Below the pieces are notes generated by a model. That model searched no databases and had not been told where the DNA came from. It worked only from the letters and a program-made list of their open reading frames with translations. The position numbers and the translations under genes were made by a program. 64,000 bases of DNA from Verrucomicrobiota bacterium (GTDB lineage: Bacteria > Verrucomicrobiota > Verrucomicrobiia > Limisphaerales > Palsa-1400): contig JBEKVM010000011.1 of NCBI GenBank assembly GCA_049513975.1, forward strand, positions 4,637 to 68,636, written 5' to 3'. Of this stretch, positions 16,864 to 27,197 are shown piece by piece (the first letter of the stretch is position 1; every line of letters begins with the position of its first letter).

Positions 16864-17568
16864 TTATACGCGCCTCTTCTTGCGCGGGCGGCAGCCGTTG
16901 TGGGGAACGGGGGTCACGTCCTTGATCGTGCTGATTTCCAGGCCGATGGCTTGCAGGGCGCGAATGGCCGATTCCCGGCCCGAGCCGGGGCCTTTGACCC
17001 GGACTTCAATTTCCCTCATGCCGTGGGACATGGCCTGGCGGGCCGCGTCCTGCGCCACCTGCTGGGCGGCAAAGGCGGTGCTCTTGCGCGAGCCTTTGAA
17101 GCCGACCCGCCCCGCGCTGGACCAGCCCAGCACGTTGCCCTGCATGTCGGTGATGCTCACGTTGGTGTTGTTGAAGGTCGCCAGGATGTTGGCGATGCCC
17201 ACCGTAATGTTTTTCGCGCCCTTGGCTTTGATGATCTTGCGGGCATTGGCATCTTCGCCCAGCAATTCCGCCGCCGTCGGAGCCGAAGCCGCCGCCACCA
17301 TGCCAGGGGCGGCTGGGGCCGCGCCGGGGGCGGCGCCGGGAGCGGCGCCAGCGGCTGGGGCGGCGCCAGCGGCGGCGGGAGCGGCGCCGGGGACGGCAGG
17401 GGCGGCGCCGGGTTTGACTTTGCCGTCAGCAGCCGCCTCGGCGCCCGCCGTCTTTTTGGGCGGATGGGAAGCCTTGGGGGCGTGGCCTTCCGGCTTGCCT
17501 TCCGGCTTGCCCTCCGGCTTGCCGTCCTTTTTGGGGACGGGTTTGGTTTGTTTGGGTTCGTCAGCCAT
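16864..17568 (-). CDS. rpsK: 30S ribosomal protein S11 with a ~100 aa low-complexity N-terminal extension
   Basis: The C-terminal 130 aa (..[22 protein letters not shown]..) is canonical S11. The N-terminus is KPEG and AAPG repeats. Confidence 0.9.
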   Translation of the reverse strand: MADEPKQTKPVPKKDGKPEGKPEGKPEGHAPKASHPPKKTAGAEAAADGKVKPGAAPAVPGAAPAAAGAAPAAGAAPGAAPGAAPAAPGMVAAASAPTAAELLGEDANARKIIKAKGAKNITVGIANILATFNNTNVSITDMQGNVLGWSSAGRVGFKGSRKSTAFAAQQVAQDAARQAMSHGMREIEVRVKGPGSGRESAIRALQAIGLEISTIKDVTPVPHNGCRPRKKRRV

Positions 17569-17577
17569 AGGAAAAAT

Positions 17578-17973
17578 TTAGTGGATGCCGGTCTTGGCGT
17601 TGGGATTGCGCTGCACGCCGACAGTCTTGCGCGGGCCTTTGCGGGTGCGGGCGTTGGTGGAGGTGCGCTGGCCGCGCACGGGCAGGCCGCGCAAATGGCG
17701 GATGCCGCGATAACATTTGATGCCCTGGAGCCGCTTGAGGTTGATGCCCAGTTCGCGCCGCAGGTCCCCTTCGATCACGTACTTGCCGTCCTGAATGGCA
17801 TGGACAATCTGGGACAACTGGGACTCGTCCAGGTTCTTGGCCCGCAGGGAGGGGTCAATGCCCGCCTTGGCCAGGATGACGCCGGCATTGGAAGGCCCGA
17901 TGCCGAATATGTAGCGCAAAGCAATATCAATGCGCTTCTCCCCCGGAATTTCAACTCCGACTAATCGTGCCAT
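17578..17973 (-). CDS. rpsM: 30S ribosomal protein S13
   Basis: [26 protein letters not shown].. Confidence 0.95.
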   Translation of the reverse strand: MARLVGVEIPGEKRIDIALRYIFGIGPSNAGVILAKAGIDPSLRAKNLDESQLSQIVHAIQDGKYVIEGDLRRELGINLKRLQGIKCYRGIRHLRGLPVRGQRTSTNARTRKGPRKTVGVQRNPNAKTGIH

Positions 17974-17979
17974 AATCTC

Positions 17980-18093
17980 TTATCCTTGTTTTTGTTTGTG
18001 GCGCGCATTGGTGCAGATCACACGAATGACGCCCTTGCGTTTCACAATTTTGCAGTTCTCGCAAAGTTTTTTGACTGATGCCCGTACTTTCAT
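17980..18093 (-). CDS. rpmJ: 50S ribosomal protein L36
   Basis: Too short for the ORF track. My translation is [37 protein letters not shown] (37 aa, zinc-ribbon CxxC...C...H). It lies between infA and rpsM as expected. Confidence 0.9.
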   Translation of the reverse strand: MKVRASVKKLCENCKIVKRKGVIRVICTNARHKQKQG

Positions 18094-18106
18094 AAATTAA
18101 GTTGTT

Positions 18107-18316
18107 CTACCGCGTTATGCGGCCTTTCGACAAATCGAAAGGCGATACTTCCACTCTCACCACGCCGCCCACCGCCAGCCCTTCCGCCAGCCGGCGGTTT
18201 TTGGCCGAAACAAAAGCCAGCAAACGATGCCCGTTGGCCAGCTCGACCCGAAACCGCATCTTGGGCAGGGCTTCCACTACCCGGCCCTCAACCTGGATGG
18301 CATCTTTGCCGGCCAT
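18107..18316 (-). CDS. infA: Translation initiation factor IF-1
   Basis: MAGKDAIQVEGRVVEALPKMRFRVELANGH...VSPFDLSKGRITR. Confidence 0.9.
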   Translation of the reverse strand: MAGKDAIQVEGRVVEALPKMRFRVELANGHRLLAFVSAKNRRLAEGLAVGGVVRVEVSPFDLSKGRITR

Positions 18317-19089
18317 GTCAAAATCTCCGGTTCACCTTCGGTGATCAAGACCGTGTGCTCAAAATGAGCGGATAGTTGACCATCTTTGGTGACAACTGTC
18401 CAGCCATCATTCAAGACCATCACTTCGGGCCGGCCCCCGTTGACCATCGGCTCGATGGCGATGGTCATCCCCGGCCGCAATTTGGGCGACGGCTTGTTCT
18501 GCTCCACAAAATTGGGCACCTGCGGCTCCTCATGCATGGACCGCCCCACCCCGTGCCCGACAAACTCCCGCACCACGCTGTAACCGTTGGACTCCACAAA
18601 TTCCTGGATGGTCCGGGAGATGTCCACCACCCGGTTCCCGGCCGTGGCCCGCCCGATCCCCCAATGCAGCGCCTGCTCGGTCACATCCATGAGCCGTTGC
18701 GCCGCCACGTCGCAGCCGCCCACCGCCACCGTCCGCGCCGTGTCGCCGATAAAGCCGCGATAAAGCACCCCGATGTCCAGGCTGACAATATCCCCAAACT
18801 CCAGCCGGCGCGGTCCGGCCAGCCCATGCACCACCTGCTCATTGACCGAAATACAAATATGGCACGGAAACTTCCGATACCCCAAAAAGGCGCTTTTGGC
18901 CTCGTAATGCTTGATCCGCTCCGCCGCAAACTCATCCACCTCCCGCGTGCTCACCCCGGGCTGGATGAACATGGCCACCTCCTCCAGCACCGTCGCCGCC
19001 ACCACGCCGGCCGGACGCATCACTTCCAAATCTCGTTCGCTTTTTAAAATGATCATCTTCGGCCCGCGGGGTTCGGCTTTGTCCGGCAC
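18277..19089 (-). CDS. map: Type I methionine aminopeptidase
   Basis: ..FLGYRKFPCHICISVNEQVVHG.., ..DIGVLYRGFIGD.., ..GHGVGRSMHEEP.. The start may instead be the ATG at 19056. The 3' end overlaps infA by 40 nt. Confidence 0.9.
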   Translation of the reverse strand: MPDKAEPRGPKMIILKSERDLEVMRPAGVVAATVLEEVAMFIQPGVSTREVDEFAAERIKHYEAKSAFLGYRKFPCHICISVNEQVVHGLAGPRRLEFGDIVSLDIGVLYRGFIGDTARTVAVGGCDVAAQRLMDVTEQALHWGIGRATAGNRVVDISRTIQEFVESNGYSVVREFVGHGVGRSMHEEPQVPNFVEQNKPSPKLRPGMTIAIEPMVNGGRPEVMVLNDGWTVVTKDGQLSAHFEHTVLITEGEPEILTWPAKMPSRLRAG

Positions 19090-19100
19090 GACCCCGACCG

Positions 19101-20501
19101 CTAAAATCGGCCCTTGACCCGGCCCTTCTTCAAAAACCCCGGATATTGCCGGGTCAACAATTGCGCCTCCATCTGCCGCATGGTGTCCAGCATCACCCCC
19201 ACGATGATGAGCAGGCTGGTGCCGCCAAAGAACTGGGAAACCTGGTAGGGGATTTGCATCCAGGAATTCATGATGATCGGCACCACCGCGATGATGGTCA
19301 GGAAGATCGCCCCGGCCAGGGTGATCCGGCTCATCGTCTTATGCAGGAAATCGCTCGTCGCCTGCCCCGGCCGCACCCCCGGCACATAGCCGCCGCCCTT
19401 CTTCATGTCGTCGGCGATTTGGATTTCATTGAACTGGGTGGCCACCCAGAAATAGGAGAAAAACAGGATCATCAGACCGTATATAGTCAAATAGAGCGCC
19501 GAGCCGCGATTCAGGCTCTCGGCAATCTGGGTGAGGAAGACCCCGAAACCGCGATCGCTGTAATACTTGCCGAGGTACTGGGGGATAAAGGTGAAAAACA
19601 TGAGGATGGCCGAGGCAAAAATGACCGGCATGACCCCCGCGTAGTTGACCCGCAAGGGCATGAAGGAACTGCCGCCCGAATAGGTTTTGCGCCCCACCAC
19701 CCGCTGGGCGTATTGCACCGGGATTTTCCGCTGGGCCTGCGTCACGGCCACGATGCCGGCGACGACCGCGCACAGGAGCAGCACCATGGCGGCGAAATGA
19801 AACATATTATATTGATACTCACCGGTGGTGCGGTCCGGCGTCAGGAACATGTCCTTAAATCCCAGGACCATCTGCGGCAGGCGGGCCAAAATGCCGATGG
19901 TAATGATGAGCGAAATCCCGTTGCCAATGCCCCGGTCGGTAATCTGTTCACCCAGCCACATCAGCAAAACCGTGCCGGTGGTCAGGATGAGGGTGGTTTG
20001 AATCCGATACCACCACATGGCATGCATGGTCACCAGGACGCCGTGGAAATTGGTGAAGACACCGCTGGGATGCTCCCAACTGATGGCCATGACAAATCCT
20101 TGGATCAGGCACAGGCCCACCGTCAGGTAACGTCCCTTCTGGATCAGTTTGGCCCGGCCCCCTTCTTCGCGGGCCAGCTTGCTCAGGGAGGGGACCACCG
20201 CCTGCAAAAGCTGGAGGACAATGGTGGCGCTGATGTAGGGCATGATGCCCAGGCTGCCCACCGCGCACCTTTCAAAACCGCCGCCGGTGAACATGCTGTA
20301 CATCCCCATGAGGCTTCCCCCCATGCCCTTGCCGGCGGCCGACGAGAAATAGTCAACCAGCGCCCGGCTGTCCAGCCCGGGCGTCGGAATCAGCGAAGCC
20401 AGCCGGCAGAAAAAGAGCATCCACAAGGTGAACCCAATCCGCGACTTGAGCTCGGGAATCTTGAGGCAGTTGCCAAAGGTGGTGAAAATGGATGAGAACA
20501 T
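19101..20501 (-). CDS. secY: Preprotein translocase subunit SecY
   Basis: 466 aa multi-TM protein with ..GIMPYISATIVLQLL.., in the spc operon position. Confidence 0.95.
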   Translation of the reverse strand: MFSSIFTTFGNCLKIPELKSRIGFTLWMLFFCRLASLIPTPGLDSRALVDYFSSAAGKGMGGSLMGMYSMFTGGGFERCAVGSLGIMPYISATIVLQLLQAVVPSLSKLAREEGGRAKLIQKGRYLTVGLCLIQGFVMAISWEHPSGVFTNFHGVLVTMHAMWWYRIQTTLILTTGTVLLMWLGEQITDRGIGNGISLIITIGILARLPQMVLGFKDMFLTPDRTTGEYQYNMFHFAAMVLLLCAVVAGIVAVTQAQRKIPVQYAQRVVGRKTYSGGSSFMPLRVNYAGVMPVIFASAILMFFTFIPQYLGKYYSDRGFGVFLTQIAESLNRGSALYLTIYGLMILFFSYFWVATQFNEIQIADDMKKGGGYVPGVRPGQATSDFLHKTMSRITLAGAIFLTIIAVVPIIMNSWMQIPYQVSQFFGGTSLLIIVGVMLDTMRQMEAQLLTRQYPGFLKKGRVKGRF

Positions 20502-20516
20502 CGAATAATCCGGGAA

Positions 20517-20990
20517 TCAGGCTGCTGCCGCCGCCTTTTTTTTCGCGATCGCGACCACTTCGCAGACCCCGCCCAGTTTCTCAATCTTGGCCCGCGCCGA
20601 CGCGCTGAACGAATGAATCTTGACGGTCAGTTTCTTTTTCAATTCGCCATCGCCCAGAATTTTGATCCGCTTGCCCCCGTTGGCCAGCCCGGCCCCGCGC
20701 AAGGCCGCCTCGTCCACCGTCGCCCCGTCCTCAAACCGGTTGAGCGCCGCCAGGTTGACCGGCACATAGCGGGTGGTGAATCTGGCGTTGTTAAATCCCC
20801 GCTTGGGCAGCCGCCGGATCAACGGCATCTGCCCGCCTTCAAATCCAATCCGAATCGAACTGCCCGACCGGGCGGTCTGACCCTTGCCGCCGCGACCGCT
20901 GGTTTTGCCGTGGCCGCTGGATTCACCCTGGCCGAGCCGTTTGCGGCGGTGTTTGGCGCCGGGACGTGGTTTGAGATCGTGTAAACGCAT
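20517..20990 (-). CDS. rplO: 50S ribosomal protein L15
   Basis: MRLHDLKPRPGAKHRRKRLGQGESSGHGKTSGRGGKGQ.. Confidence 0.95.
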   Translation of the reverse strand: MRLHDLKPRPGAKHRRKRLGQGESSGHGKTSGRGGKGQTARSGSSIRIGFEGGQMPLIRRLPKRGFNNARFTTRYVPVNLAALNRFEDGATVDEAALRGAGLANGGKRIKILGDGELKKKLTVKIHSFSASARAKIEKLGGVCEVVAIAKKKAAAAA

Positions 20991-20994
20991 AAGA

Positions 20995-21795
20995 TCAAGG
21001 AGCAGCGGGCGGGGGCACGACTGCCGGAGCCGGCTCTGCCTCCGGAACTGCCGCTGGAGGGGTGGAGTGTTGGAGTGGTGGAGTGATGGCCGACTCCGCC
21101 GCGGGAACCACAGGCGCAGGCGACGCTGGTGCTGGCGCCAGGGGTGCCGCTGCTGACGCCACGGCCGCCGCCGCTGCCACCGGAACCGCCACCGGCTTTT
21201 TCTTTATTTCAATTCCCCGGTCTCGATAAACATCTTCGCGCAAACGAAGCTGCTGCAATCCGGCCAGGGTGGCCTTGACGACGTTGGACGGATTGTTGGA
21301 GCCGAGGGACTTGGTCAAAATGTCCTTGATGCCGGCGGATTCCACCACCGCGCGCACGGTTTTGCCGGCGATGATTCCCGTGCCGGGCGAGGCGGGACGC
21401 ATCATCACCTTGGCCCCGCCGTAGCGGCATAAAATCTCGTGCGGAATGGTCGCATCCTTGATGGAAACGGAAACCATCTGCTGCTTGGCCATGTCGCCCC
21501 CCTTGCGGATGGCCTCGCTGACTTCCACCGCCTTGCCCAAACCGATGCCGACCCGGCCCTGCTTGTCCCCGGCCACGACCAGGGCGCTGAAGCTGAAACG
21601 GCGCCCGCCTTTGACCACCTTGGCGGAACGGTTGATGAAGACCACCTTCTCGCTCAATTCCTTGCCGCCTTCTCCCCCGGCCGCGGCGGTGTCGCCCTCC
21701 GGCGTCGTCGCGCGGTTCCGCCGCGGGTTCCGGCCGGGACCGCGGCCGCCTCCGCCTCGGGCCGGTCCACTGGATGTTTTGTTTAAATCAGCCAC
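20995..21795 (-). CDS. rpsE: 30S ribosomal protein S5 with N- and C-terminal (Ala/Pro-rich, ~70 aa) extensions
   Basis: Core ..[29 protein letters not shown]..; 266 aa against about 166 typical. Confidence 0.9.
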   Translation of the reverse strand: MADLNKTSSGPARGGGGRGPGRNPRRNRATTPEGDTAAAGGEGGKELSEKVVFINRSAKVVKGGRRFSFSALVVAGDKQGRVGIGLGKAVEVSEAIRKGGDMAKQQMVSVSIKDATIPHEILCRYGGAKVMMRPASPGTGIIAGKTVRAVVESAGIKDILTKSLGSNNPSNVVKATLAGLQQLRLREDVYRDRGIEIKKKPVAVPVAAAAAVASAAAPLAPAPASPAPVVPAAESAITPPLQHSTPPAAVPEAEPAPAVVPPPAAP

Positions 21796-21814
21796 AATTT
21801 TTTGGTTCTAAATG

Positions 21815-22180
21815 TTAAAATTTCAATCCGCCTTCGCGCGCCGCGTCGGCCAAAGCCTTTACCTTGCCATGATAACGGGCCCCGCTGCGATCAAAAACCA
21901 CGCTGGTGATCCCTTTGCTCTTGGCGGCCTCCGCCGCCCTGGCTCCGATCTTTTTCGCGCTGGCGGTGTTGGCCGCCAGGGTGGCCCGCTCCGCCAGCCC
22001 CTTGTCCAGAGTGGAGGCCGAGGCCAGCGTGGCCCCCGCCCCGTCGTCAATAAACTGCACGTAAATGTTCTCGTTGGTGAAGCGCACGCTCATGCGCGGA
22101 CGCTCCCGCGTGCCGGTTACTTTTTGCCGGATGCGATAGTGTCGCAGCTTGGCCAGCTTTTGTTTTTTGTCGCTTCTCAT
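21815..22180 (-). CDS. rplR: 50S ribosomal protein L18
   Basis: ..[20 protein letters not shown].. and ..[26 protein letters not shown]. Confidence 0.95.
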   Translation of the reverse strand: MRSDKKQKLAKLRHYRIRQKVTGTRERPRMSVRFTNENIYVQFIDDGAGATLASASTLDKGLAERATLAANTASAKKIGARAAEAAKSKGITSVVFDRSGARYHGKVKALADAAREGGLKF

Positions 22181-22215
22181 GGCATCGGACCGCGGATTTT
22201 GCCGCGGCGGGTTAA

Positions 22216-22752
22216 TTATTGCACGGTTTTGCCTTCCTTGCGCACGACCTTCTCCCCCACGTAACGCACGCCCTTGCCCTTGTACGGCTCCGGCGGATAA
22301 TAGCTGCGGATCTCCGCCGCCACCTGGCCGACCAATTGCTTGTCCGGGCCTTCGATGGTCAGCTTGGTGTTTTCCTCCACCGTCACTTTGATCTGCCGCG
22401 GAATGGGATAATTGATCGGGTGGGAATAACCGAGGGCAAGATTGACCTTGTCGCCCTGCACGACGGCTTTGAAACCGACGCCCTGGATTTCCAGCTTCTT
22501 GACAAACCCCTCGCTCACCCCCTTGACCATGTTGTTGATAAGGGCCCGGCTCAGGCCGTGCAGCGCCTTGGCTTCCGCATCCTCCCCGGCCCGGCTGACG
22601 ATCACGTTGGCGCCGTCCAATTTTGCGGTGGTGCGGCGCGGCAGTTCGAAATCGAGCTTGCCTTTGGGGCCTTCCACCGTGACCTGCTGGCCTTTAATGG
22701 CCACCGTCACCTTGGGCGGGACCGCCACCGGTATTTTTCCAATTCGCGACAT
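22216..22752 (-). CDS. rplF: 50S ribosomal protein L6
   Basis: [31 protein letters not shown].. Confidence 0.95.
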   Translation of the reverse strand: MSRIGKIPVAVPPKVTVAIKGQQVTVEGPKGKLDFELPRRTTAKLDGANVIVSRAGEDAEAKALHGLSRALINNMVKGVSEGFVKKLEIQGVGFKAVVQGDKVNLALGYSHPINYPIPRQIKVTVEENTKLTIEGPDKQLVGQVAAEIRSYYPPEPYKGKGVRYVGEKVVRKEGKTVQ

Positions 22753-22809
22753 AAATTATTCTTTTTATCAGTCCGATCCGTCAGATCCGACGGATCAGAC
22801 TGATTGCTT

Positions 22810-23196
22810 CTACCATACTTCACAGAGCAATTCACCGCCCACATTCTTCTTGCGGGCTTGCGTTCCGGTCATAATCCCCTCTGAGGTGGACAGGATGGAG
22901 GTTCCCATCCCGCCCCGCACCCGCGGCACGCTGGCCGAGCCGACATAGCGGCGCAATCCGGGCGAACTGACCCGGCGGGAGCCTTCCAGCACCGGCTTGC
23001 GCCCGTGGTACTTGAGCTTGATTTTGAGCTTCTTGATCGCCTGGCCTTCCACCACCACCTCCGACAAATACCCCTCCTTTTTGAGCAATTGGGCAATGCC
23101 CTCCTTCAATTTGGAATGGGGCAGTTGGACCTCCGGCAGGAAAGCCCGGCCGGCGTTGCGCAGGCGCGTCAACATGTCTGAAATGGGATCGCTCAT
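22810..23196 (-). CDS. rpsH: 30S ribosomal protein S8
   Basis: MSDPISDMLTRLRNAGRA.. Confidence 0.95.
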   Translation of the reverse strand: MSDPISDMLTRLRNAGRAFLPEVQLPHSKLKEGIAQLLKKEGYLSEVVVEGQAIKKLKIKLKYHGRKPVLEGSRRVSSPGLRRYVGSASVPRVRGGMGTSILSTSEGIMTGTQARKKNVGGELLCEVW

Positions 23197-23201
23197 AAAT
23201 T

Positions 23202-23471
23202 TTACCAGCTCGCTTTGGTCACGCCCGGAATCAACCCGTTCAAGGCCGCCTCGCGAAAAGTCAGGCGGGAGCAGGCGAACTTGCGCAGATAGCCGTGGCG
23301 GCGCCCGGTCATGGAACAGCGGTTGACCAGGCGGCTGGGGCTGGCGTCGCGCGGCAGTTTGCTCAGGCCGGCGTAATCGCGCCGCGCCTTCAACTCGGCC
23401 CGCAAGGCCGCGAATTTCTTCACGGTGGCGGCTTTTCTCTTGTTGCGTTCTACCCAGGCTGTTTTGGCCAT
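23202..23471 (-). CDS. rpsN: 30S ribosomal protein S14 (89 aa, no CxxC pairs)
   Basis: [20 protein letters not shown]...[21 protein letters not shown]. Track ORF trimmed to the ATG at 23471. Confidence 0.9.
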   Translation of the reverse strand: MAKTAWVERNKRKAATVKKFAALRAELKARRDYAGLSKLPRDASPSRLVNRCSMTGRRHGYLRKFACSRLTFREAALNGLIPGVTKASW

Positions 23472-23478
23472 ATATGTT

Positions 23479-24147
23479 CTAGGGTGCGTTGTGTTCTGTG
23501 GTCTTCTGCTCTGCCGTGGCTGGCTCCGCTGCCGGGTGCTCCGCCGCCGCAGCCTCCGCGGTCGCGGGTTCCGCGCTCGCATGCCCGGCCGGCTTGTGCT
23601 CCACTTTTGCCTCGGCAAACGGCAAGCCCATCAACTTGAGCAGGTCCATCGCCTCGCCGTCCGTCGGCGCGGTCGTGACGATGGTGATGTCCATGCCCTG
23701 GTTGCGTTTGATCTTGTCCAGTTCGATTTCCGGGAAAATCGTCTGCTCCGACACCCCCAGGGTGTAATTGCCCCGCCCGTCAAAGGAGCGGGGCGAAAGG
23801 CCGCGAAAGTCACGGATGCGCGGCAGGGCGGCCGCCACCAAGCGGTCAAAAAACTCGTACATCTGCTCGCGCCGCAGGGTGACGCGGCAGCCGATGGCCT
23901 GGCCCTCCCGCAGCTTGAAATTGGCGATGCTGTGCCGGGATTTGCTGACCACCGGCTTGCGCCCGGTGATCATGGCCATGTCCCGCACGGCGTCTTCGAC
24001 CGCCCCTTTTTCCAACGAGGCGCTCACCCCCATGTTGACCACAATTTTCTCCATCCGGGGAACCTGGTGGATGTTTTGGTATTTTCGCTTCTCCCGCAAA
24101 GCGGGCCGCACCTCGTTGAGATACTTTTCGTAAAGTCTGGGTTTCAT
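23479..24147 (-). CDS. rplE: 50S ribosomal protein L5 with a ~40 aa Ala/Glu/Pro C-terminal tail
   Basis: [20 protein letters not shown]... Confidence 0.95.
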   Translation of the reverse strand: MKPRLYEKYLNEVRPALREKRKYQNIHQVPRMEKIVVNMGVSASLEKGAVEDAVRDMAMITGRKPVVSKSRHSIANFKLREGQAIGCRVTLRREQMYEFFDRLVAAALPRIRDFRGLSPRSFDGRGNYTLGVSEQTIFPEIELDKIKRNQGMDITIVTTAPTDGEAMDLLKLMGLPFAEAKVEHKPAGHASAEPATAEAAAAEHPAAEPATAEQKTTEHNAP

Positions 24148-24156
24148 GGCTGGCTT

Positions 24157-24483
24157 TTAGGCTTTGGCCTCTGCGGCGGAGGCGGCCGGCGCTGCCGCGG
24201 CGGATTTCTCCTCCTGGGCCGTTTGGCTGGCGCGGGCCGCGGCCCGCGCGTCATATTTTTCCGCCAGCATCAAATTGGAAAGATGGACGGTCCCTTCCCG
24301 TTCGACGATGGCGCCCTGGGGGTGGGCCTGGTTTTTCTTGGTGTGGCGCTTGATCATGTGCAGCCCCTCGACCACCGCCCGGCCCTTTTTGCCGGCAATC
24401 CTGAGGATTTTGCCGCGCTGGCCCAGGGCCTTGCCGGCGATCACCACCACCTCGTCGTCTTTTTTAACATGAAAATGGCGCAT
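24157..24483 (-). CDS. rplX: 50S ribosomal protein L24
   Basis: MRHFHVKKDDEVVVIAGKALGQRGKIL.. Confidence 0.95.
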   Translation of the reverse strand: MRHFHVKKDDEVVVIAGKALGQRGKILRIAGKKGRAVVEGLHMIKRHTKKNQAHPQGAIVEREGTVHLSNLMLAEKYDARAAARASQTAQEEKSAAAAPAASAAEAKA

Positions 24484-24485
24484 AA

Positions 24486-24851
24486 CTAGATGACCTCCGG
24501 GGCCAGGGAAATGATCTTCATGAACTTGCGGTCGCGCAACTCCCGCGCGACCGGCCCGAAGATGCGCGTCCCCCGCGGGTTGTTTTCCGCGTCAATGATC
24601 ACGATGGCGTTGCTGTCAAACCGCAAATACGACCCGTCCGAGCGCCGGATTTGCTGGCGCGTCCGCACCAGCACGGCGTTGACCACTTCGCCCTTCTTGA
24701 CCGTGCCGTCCGGGGTGGCCTCCTTGATGTGGGCCTTGATCACATCGCCGATGCCGGCGTACTTCTGGTTGCGGCCGATCACCCCGATGGCCGCCGCCCG
24801 CTTGGCGCCGGTATTGTCGGCCACATCTACAATGGATCGTACTTGTAACAT
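24486..24851 (-). CDS. rplN: 50S ribosomal protein L14
   Basis: [24 protein letters not shown].. Trimmed to the ATG at 24851, because the upstream poly-Gly part of the track ORF is the antisense of the rpsQ poly-Ala repeat. Confidence 0.95.
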   Translation of the reverse strand: MLQVRSIVDVADNTGAKRAAAIGVIGRNQKYAGIGDVIKAHIKEATPDGTVKKGEVVNAVLVRTRQQIRRSDGSYLRFDSNAIVIIDAENNPRGTRIFGPVARELRDRKFMKIISLAPEVI

Positions 24852-24862
24852 AAATTCTCTCG

Positions 24863-25186
<324 letters not shown>

Positions 25187-25206
25187 AACGCATCATTCGG
25201 GTCAAA

Positions 25207-25404
25207 TCAGGCCGGTTTGGCGCGGAGTTGGGTGAGGCGGGTTTCCAGGCGCGCCACGTCGCGGCGCAACAGGCGCATCTTGGCCGGATGCTCCAGTTGG
25301 CTGCTGGCCTGCTGCAGGCGCATTTGAAACAGTTCCTGGCGCAGGTCGCGGCTCTTGACCACCAACTCGGCCGCCGTCAAATCTTTTATCTCGGACATCT
25401 TCAT
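25207..25404 (-). CDS. rpmC: 50S ribosomal protein L29
   Basis: MKMSEIKDLTAAELVVKSRDLRQELFQMRLQ.. Trimmed to the ATG at 25404. Confidence 0.9.
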   Translation of the reverse strand: MKMSEIKDLTAAELVVKSRDLRQELFQMRLQQASSQLEHPAKMRLLRRDVARLETRLTQLRAKPA

Positions 25405-25411
25405 GATCTGC

Positions 25412-25831
25412 TTACGCCATCCGGTGGCGTGAAATAAACTTGGTTCTGATCGGCAGCTTGGTCGCCGCCAGGCGCATGGACTCCCGCGCCACCGCTTCCG
25501 GCACCCCGTCCACTTCAAAAATCACGTTGGCCGGGCGAATCACCGCGACCCAGGATTCCAGCGGCCCCTTGCCCTTGCCCATGCGCGTTTCCAACGGTTT
25601 CTTGGTGAACGATTTCTGCGGGAAAATCCGAATCCACACCTTGCCGCGCCGCTTCATGAATCGCGTCACCGCGACCCGGGCGGCTTCCACCTGTTTGGTG
25701 TCCAGCCAGCACCGTTCCAGCGCCTGCAATCCGTACTCGCCAAAGGCCACCGTGCCGCCGCGCTGGGCCAGGCCCTTGCGGCTGCCCCGGTGCATTTTGC
25801 GATATTTTACTCTTTCTGGGATCAATGGCAT
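25412..25831 (-). CDS. rplP: 50S ribosomal protein L16
   Basis: [20 protein letters not shown].. Trimmed to the ATG at 25831. Confidence 0.95.
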   Translation of the reverse strand: MPLIPERVKYRKMHRGSRKGLAQRGGTVAFGEYGLQALERCWLDTKQVEAARVAVTRFMKRRGKVWIRIFPQKSFTKKPLETRMGKGKGPLESWVAVIRPANVIFEVDGVPEAVARESMRLAATKLPIRTKFISRHRMA

Positions 25832-25848
25832 GGCTGAAAAATCCTTCC

Positions 25849-26523
25849 TTAATTCTCCGCCGGGGCGGCGACGGCCGGCACGGGCAATTTCTTCTGCACG
25901 GCGACGTCGCCTTTGCAAATCCAGCATTTGATGCCGAGCTTGCCATAGAGGGTGTTGGCCTCGGCGAACCCGTAATCAATATTGGCCCGCAGGGTATGCA
26001 GCGGCACCCGCCCCTGGTGGTATTTTTCCACCCGCGCGATTTCCGCCCCGCCCAGGCGCCCGCCCACCCGCACCTTGATGCCCTCGGCGCCGAAGTCCAT
26101 GGCCACCTGCACCGCCTTCTTCATGGCGCGGCGGAAGGAGACGCGGCGTTCCAACTGCAAGGCGATGTTTTCCGCCACCAATTGGGCGTCCATTTCCGGC
26201 TGCTTGATCTCCTGGATGTCCACATACACTTCCTTGCCGGTCATCTTCCCCAGCTCCTCCTTCAACTTGTCAATCTCCGCCCCTTTGCGCCCGATCACCA
26301 CCCCGGGCCGGGCGGTAAAGATGGTGATGCGGCAGCGCGAGGCGGCGCGTTCCAGCTGGATTTTGGACACCGAGGCGCCTTCCAGCTTGGACTTCAAAAT
26401 CTCGCGGATTTTCCGGTCCTCGGTCAGCAGTTTGCCGAACTCCTTCTTCTCGGCAAACCACTTCGAGCCCCAGTCCTTGTTGACGGCGACCCGCAAACCG
26501 ATTGGATTAGTTTTTTGACCCAT
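25849..26523 (-). CDS. rpsC: 30S ribosomal protein S3
   Basis: [24 protein letters not shown].. Confidence 0.95.
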   Translation of the reverse strand: MGQKTNPIGLRVAVNKDWGSKWFAEKKEFGKLLTEDRKIREILKSKLEGASVSKIQLERAASRCRITIFTARPGVVIGRKGAEIDKLKEELGKMTGKEVYVDIQEIKQPEMDAQLVAENIALQLERRVSFRRAMKKAVQVAMDFGAEGIKVRVGGRLGGAEIARVEKYHQGRVPLHTLRANIDYGFAEANTLYGKLGIKCWICKGDVAVQKKLPVPAVAAPAEN

Positions 26524-26531
26524 AAGTTGGT

Positions 26532-26891
26532 TTATTCGTCTGACAAAACAATTTTTACATGACAGTTGCGCTTGAGAATGGGGCCGGCCGAGCCGCGCGC
26601 CTTGGGCGTGAACCGCTTGAGGGTCGAGGCCGTCCCGGCCACCGCGCTCTTGATCCGCAAATTCTCCGTTTTCAAGCCGGAATAATCCTCTTTGTGGGCC
26701 TTCAGATCCTCCGCGTTGGCCAGGGCGGAGGCCAGCGTCTTGGCCACTACCCGCGCGCCCTTGCGCGGGACGATGGCCAAAACCGCCTGGGCGTCGGCCG
26801 TCTTCATGCCTTGAATCTGCCGCACGACCTCGCGCATTTTCTGCGCCGACATCCGCACGTTTTTGGTGATGGCTTGTACTTCCATAATCAA
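26532..26891 (-). CDS. rplV: 50S ribosomal protein L22
   Basis: ..[17 protein letters not shown].. and operon order. Confidence 0.9.
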   Translation of the reverse strand: MIMEVQAITKNVRMSAQKMREVVRQIQGMKTADAQAVLAIVPRKGARVVAKTLASALANAEDLKAHKEDYSGLKTENLRIKSAVAGTASTLKRFTPKARGSAGPILKRNCHVKIVLSDE

Positions 26892-26893
26892 AT

Positions 26894-27175
26894 CTATTTC
26901 GCCTCCGCCTTGGCGGTGTGCGCCCCGTGTTTCTTGAAGGTCCGCGTCAGGGAAAACTCCCCCAGGCGGTGGCCCACCATGTTTTCCGTGACAAAAACGG
27001 GGTGGAAAATCTTGCCGTTATGCACGGCAAAGTTCAGCCCGACAAAATCAGGCGTGATCATGGAGCGGCGCGACCAGGTTTTGATGGGCGCCTTGGACTT
27101 GGCCGCCTTGGCTTCCTCTATTTTGACCATCAAATGCCCGTCAATAAACGGTCCTTTTTTAATTGATCTTCCCAT
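26894..27175 (-). CDS. rpsS: 30S ribosomal protein S19
   Basis: [20 protein letters not shown]...[23 protein letters not shown]. Confidence 0.95.
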   Translation of the reverse strand: MGRSIKKGPFIDGHLMVKIEEAKAAKSKAPIKTWSRRSMITPDFVGLNFAVHNGKIFHPVFVTENMVGHRLGEFSLTRTFKKHGAHTAKAEAK

Positions 27176-27197
27176 AAATAACTTATTTCACATTGCT

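Noticed and set aside
14862-20495. Plus-strand ORFs 14862-16052, 16130-16786, 16900-17964, 18376-19047 and 19146-20495
   Set aside because: They are antisense to rpoA, rpsD, rpsK/rpsM, map and secY.
23202-23618. 138 aa version of S14; also the extended versions of L14, L29, L16, L7/L12 and ParE in the track
   Set aside because: The N-terminal extra residues are Arg/Pro/Gly-rich read-through of upstream genes or repeats. Conserved family N-termini begin at internal ATGs, and these were used instead.
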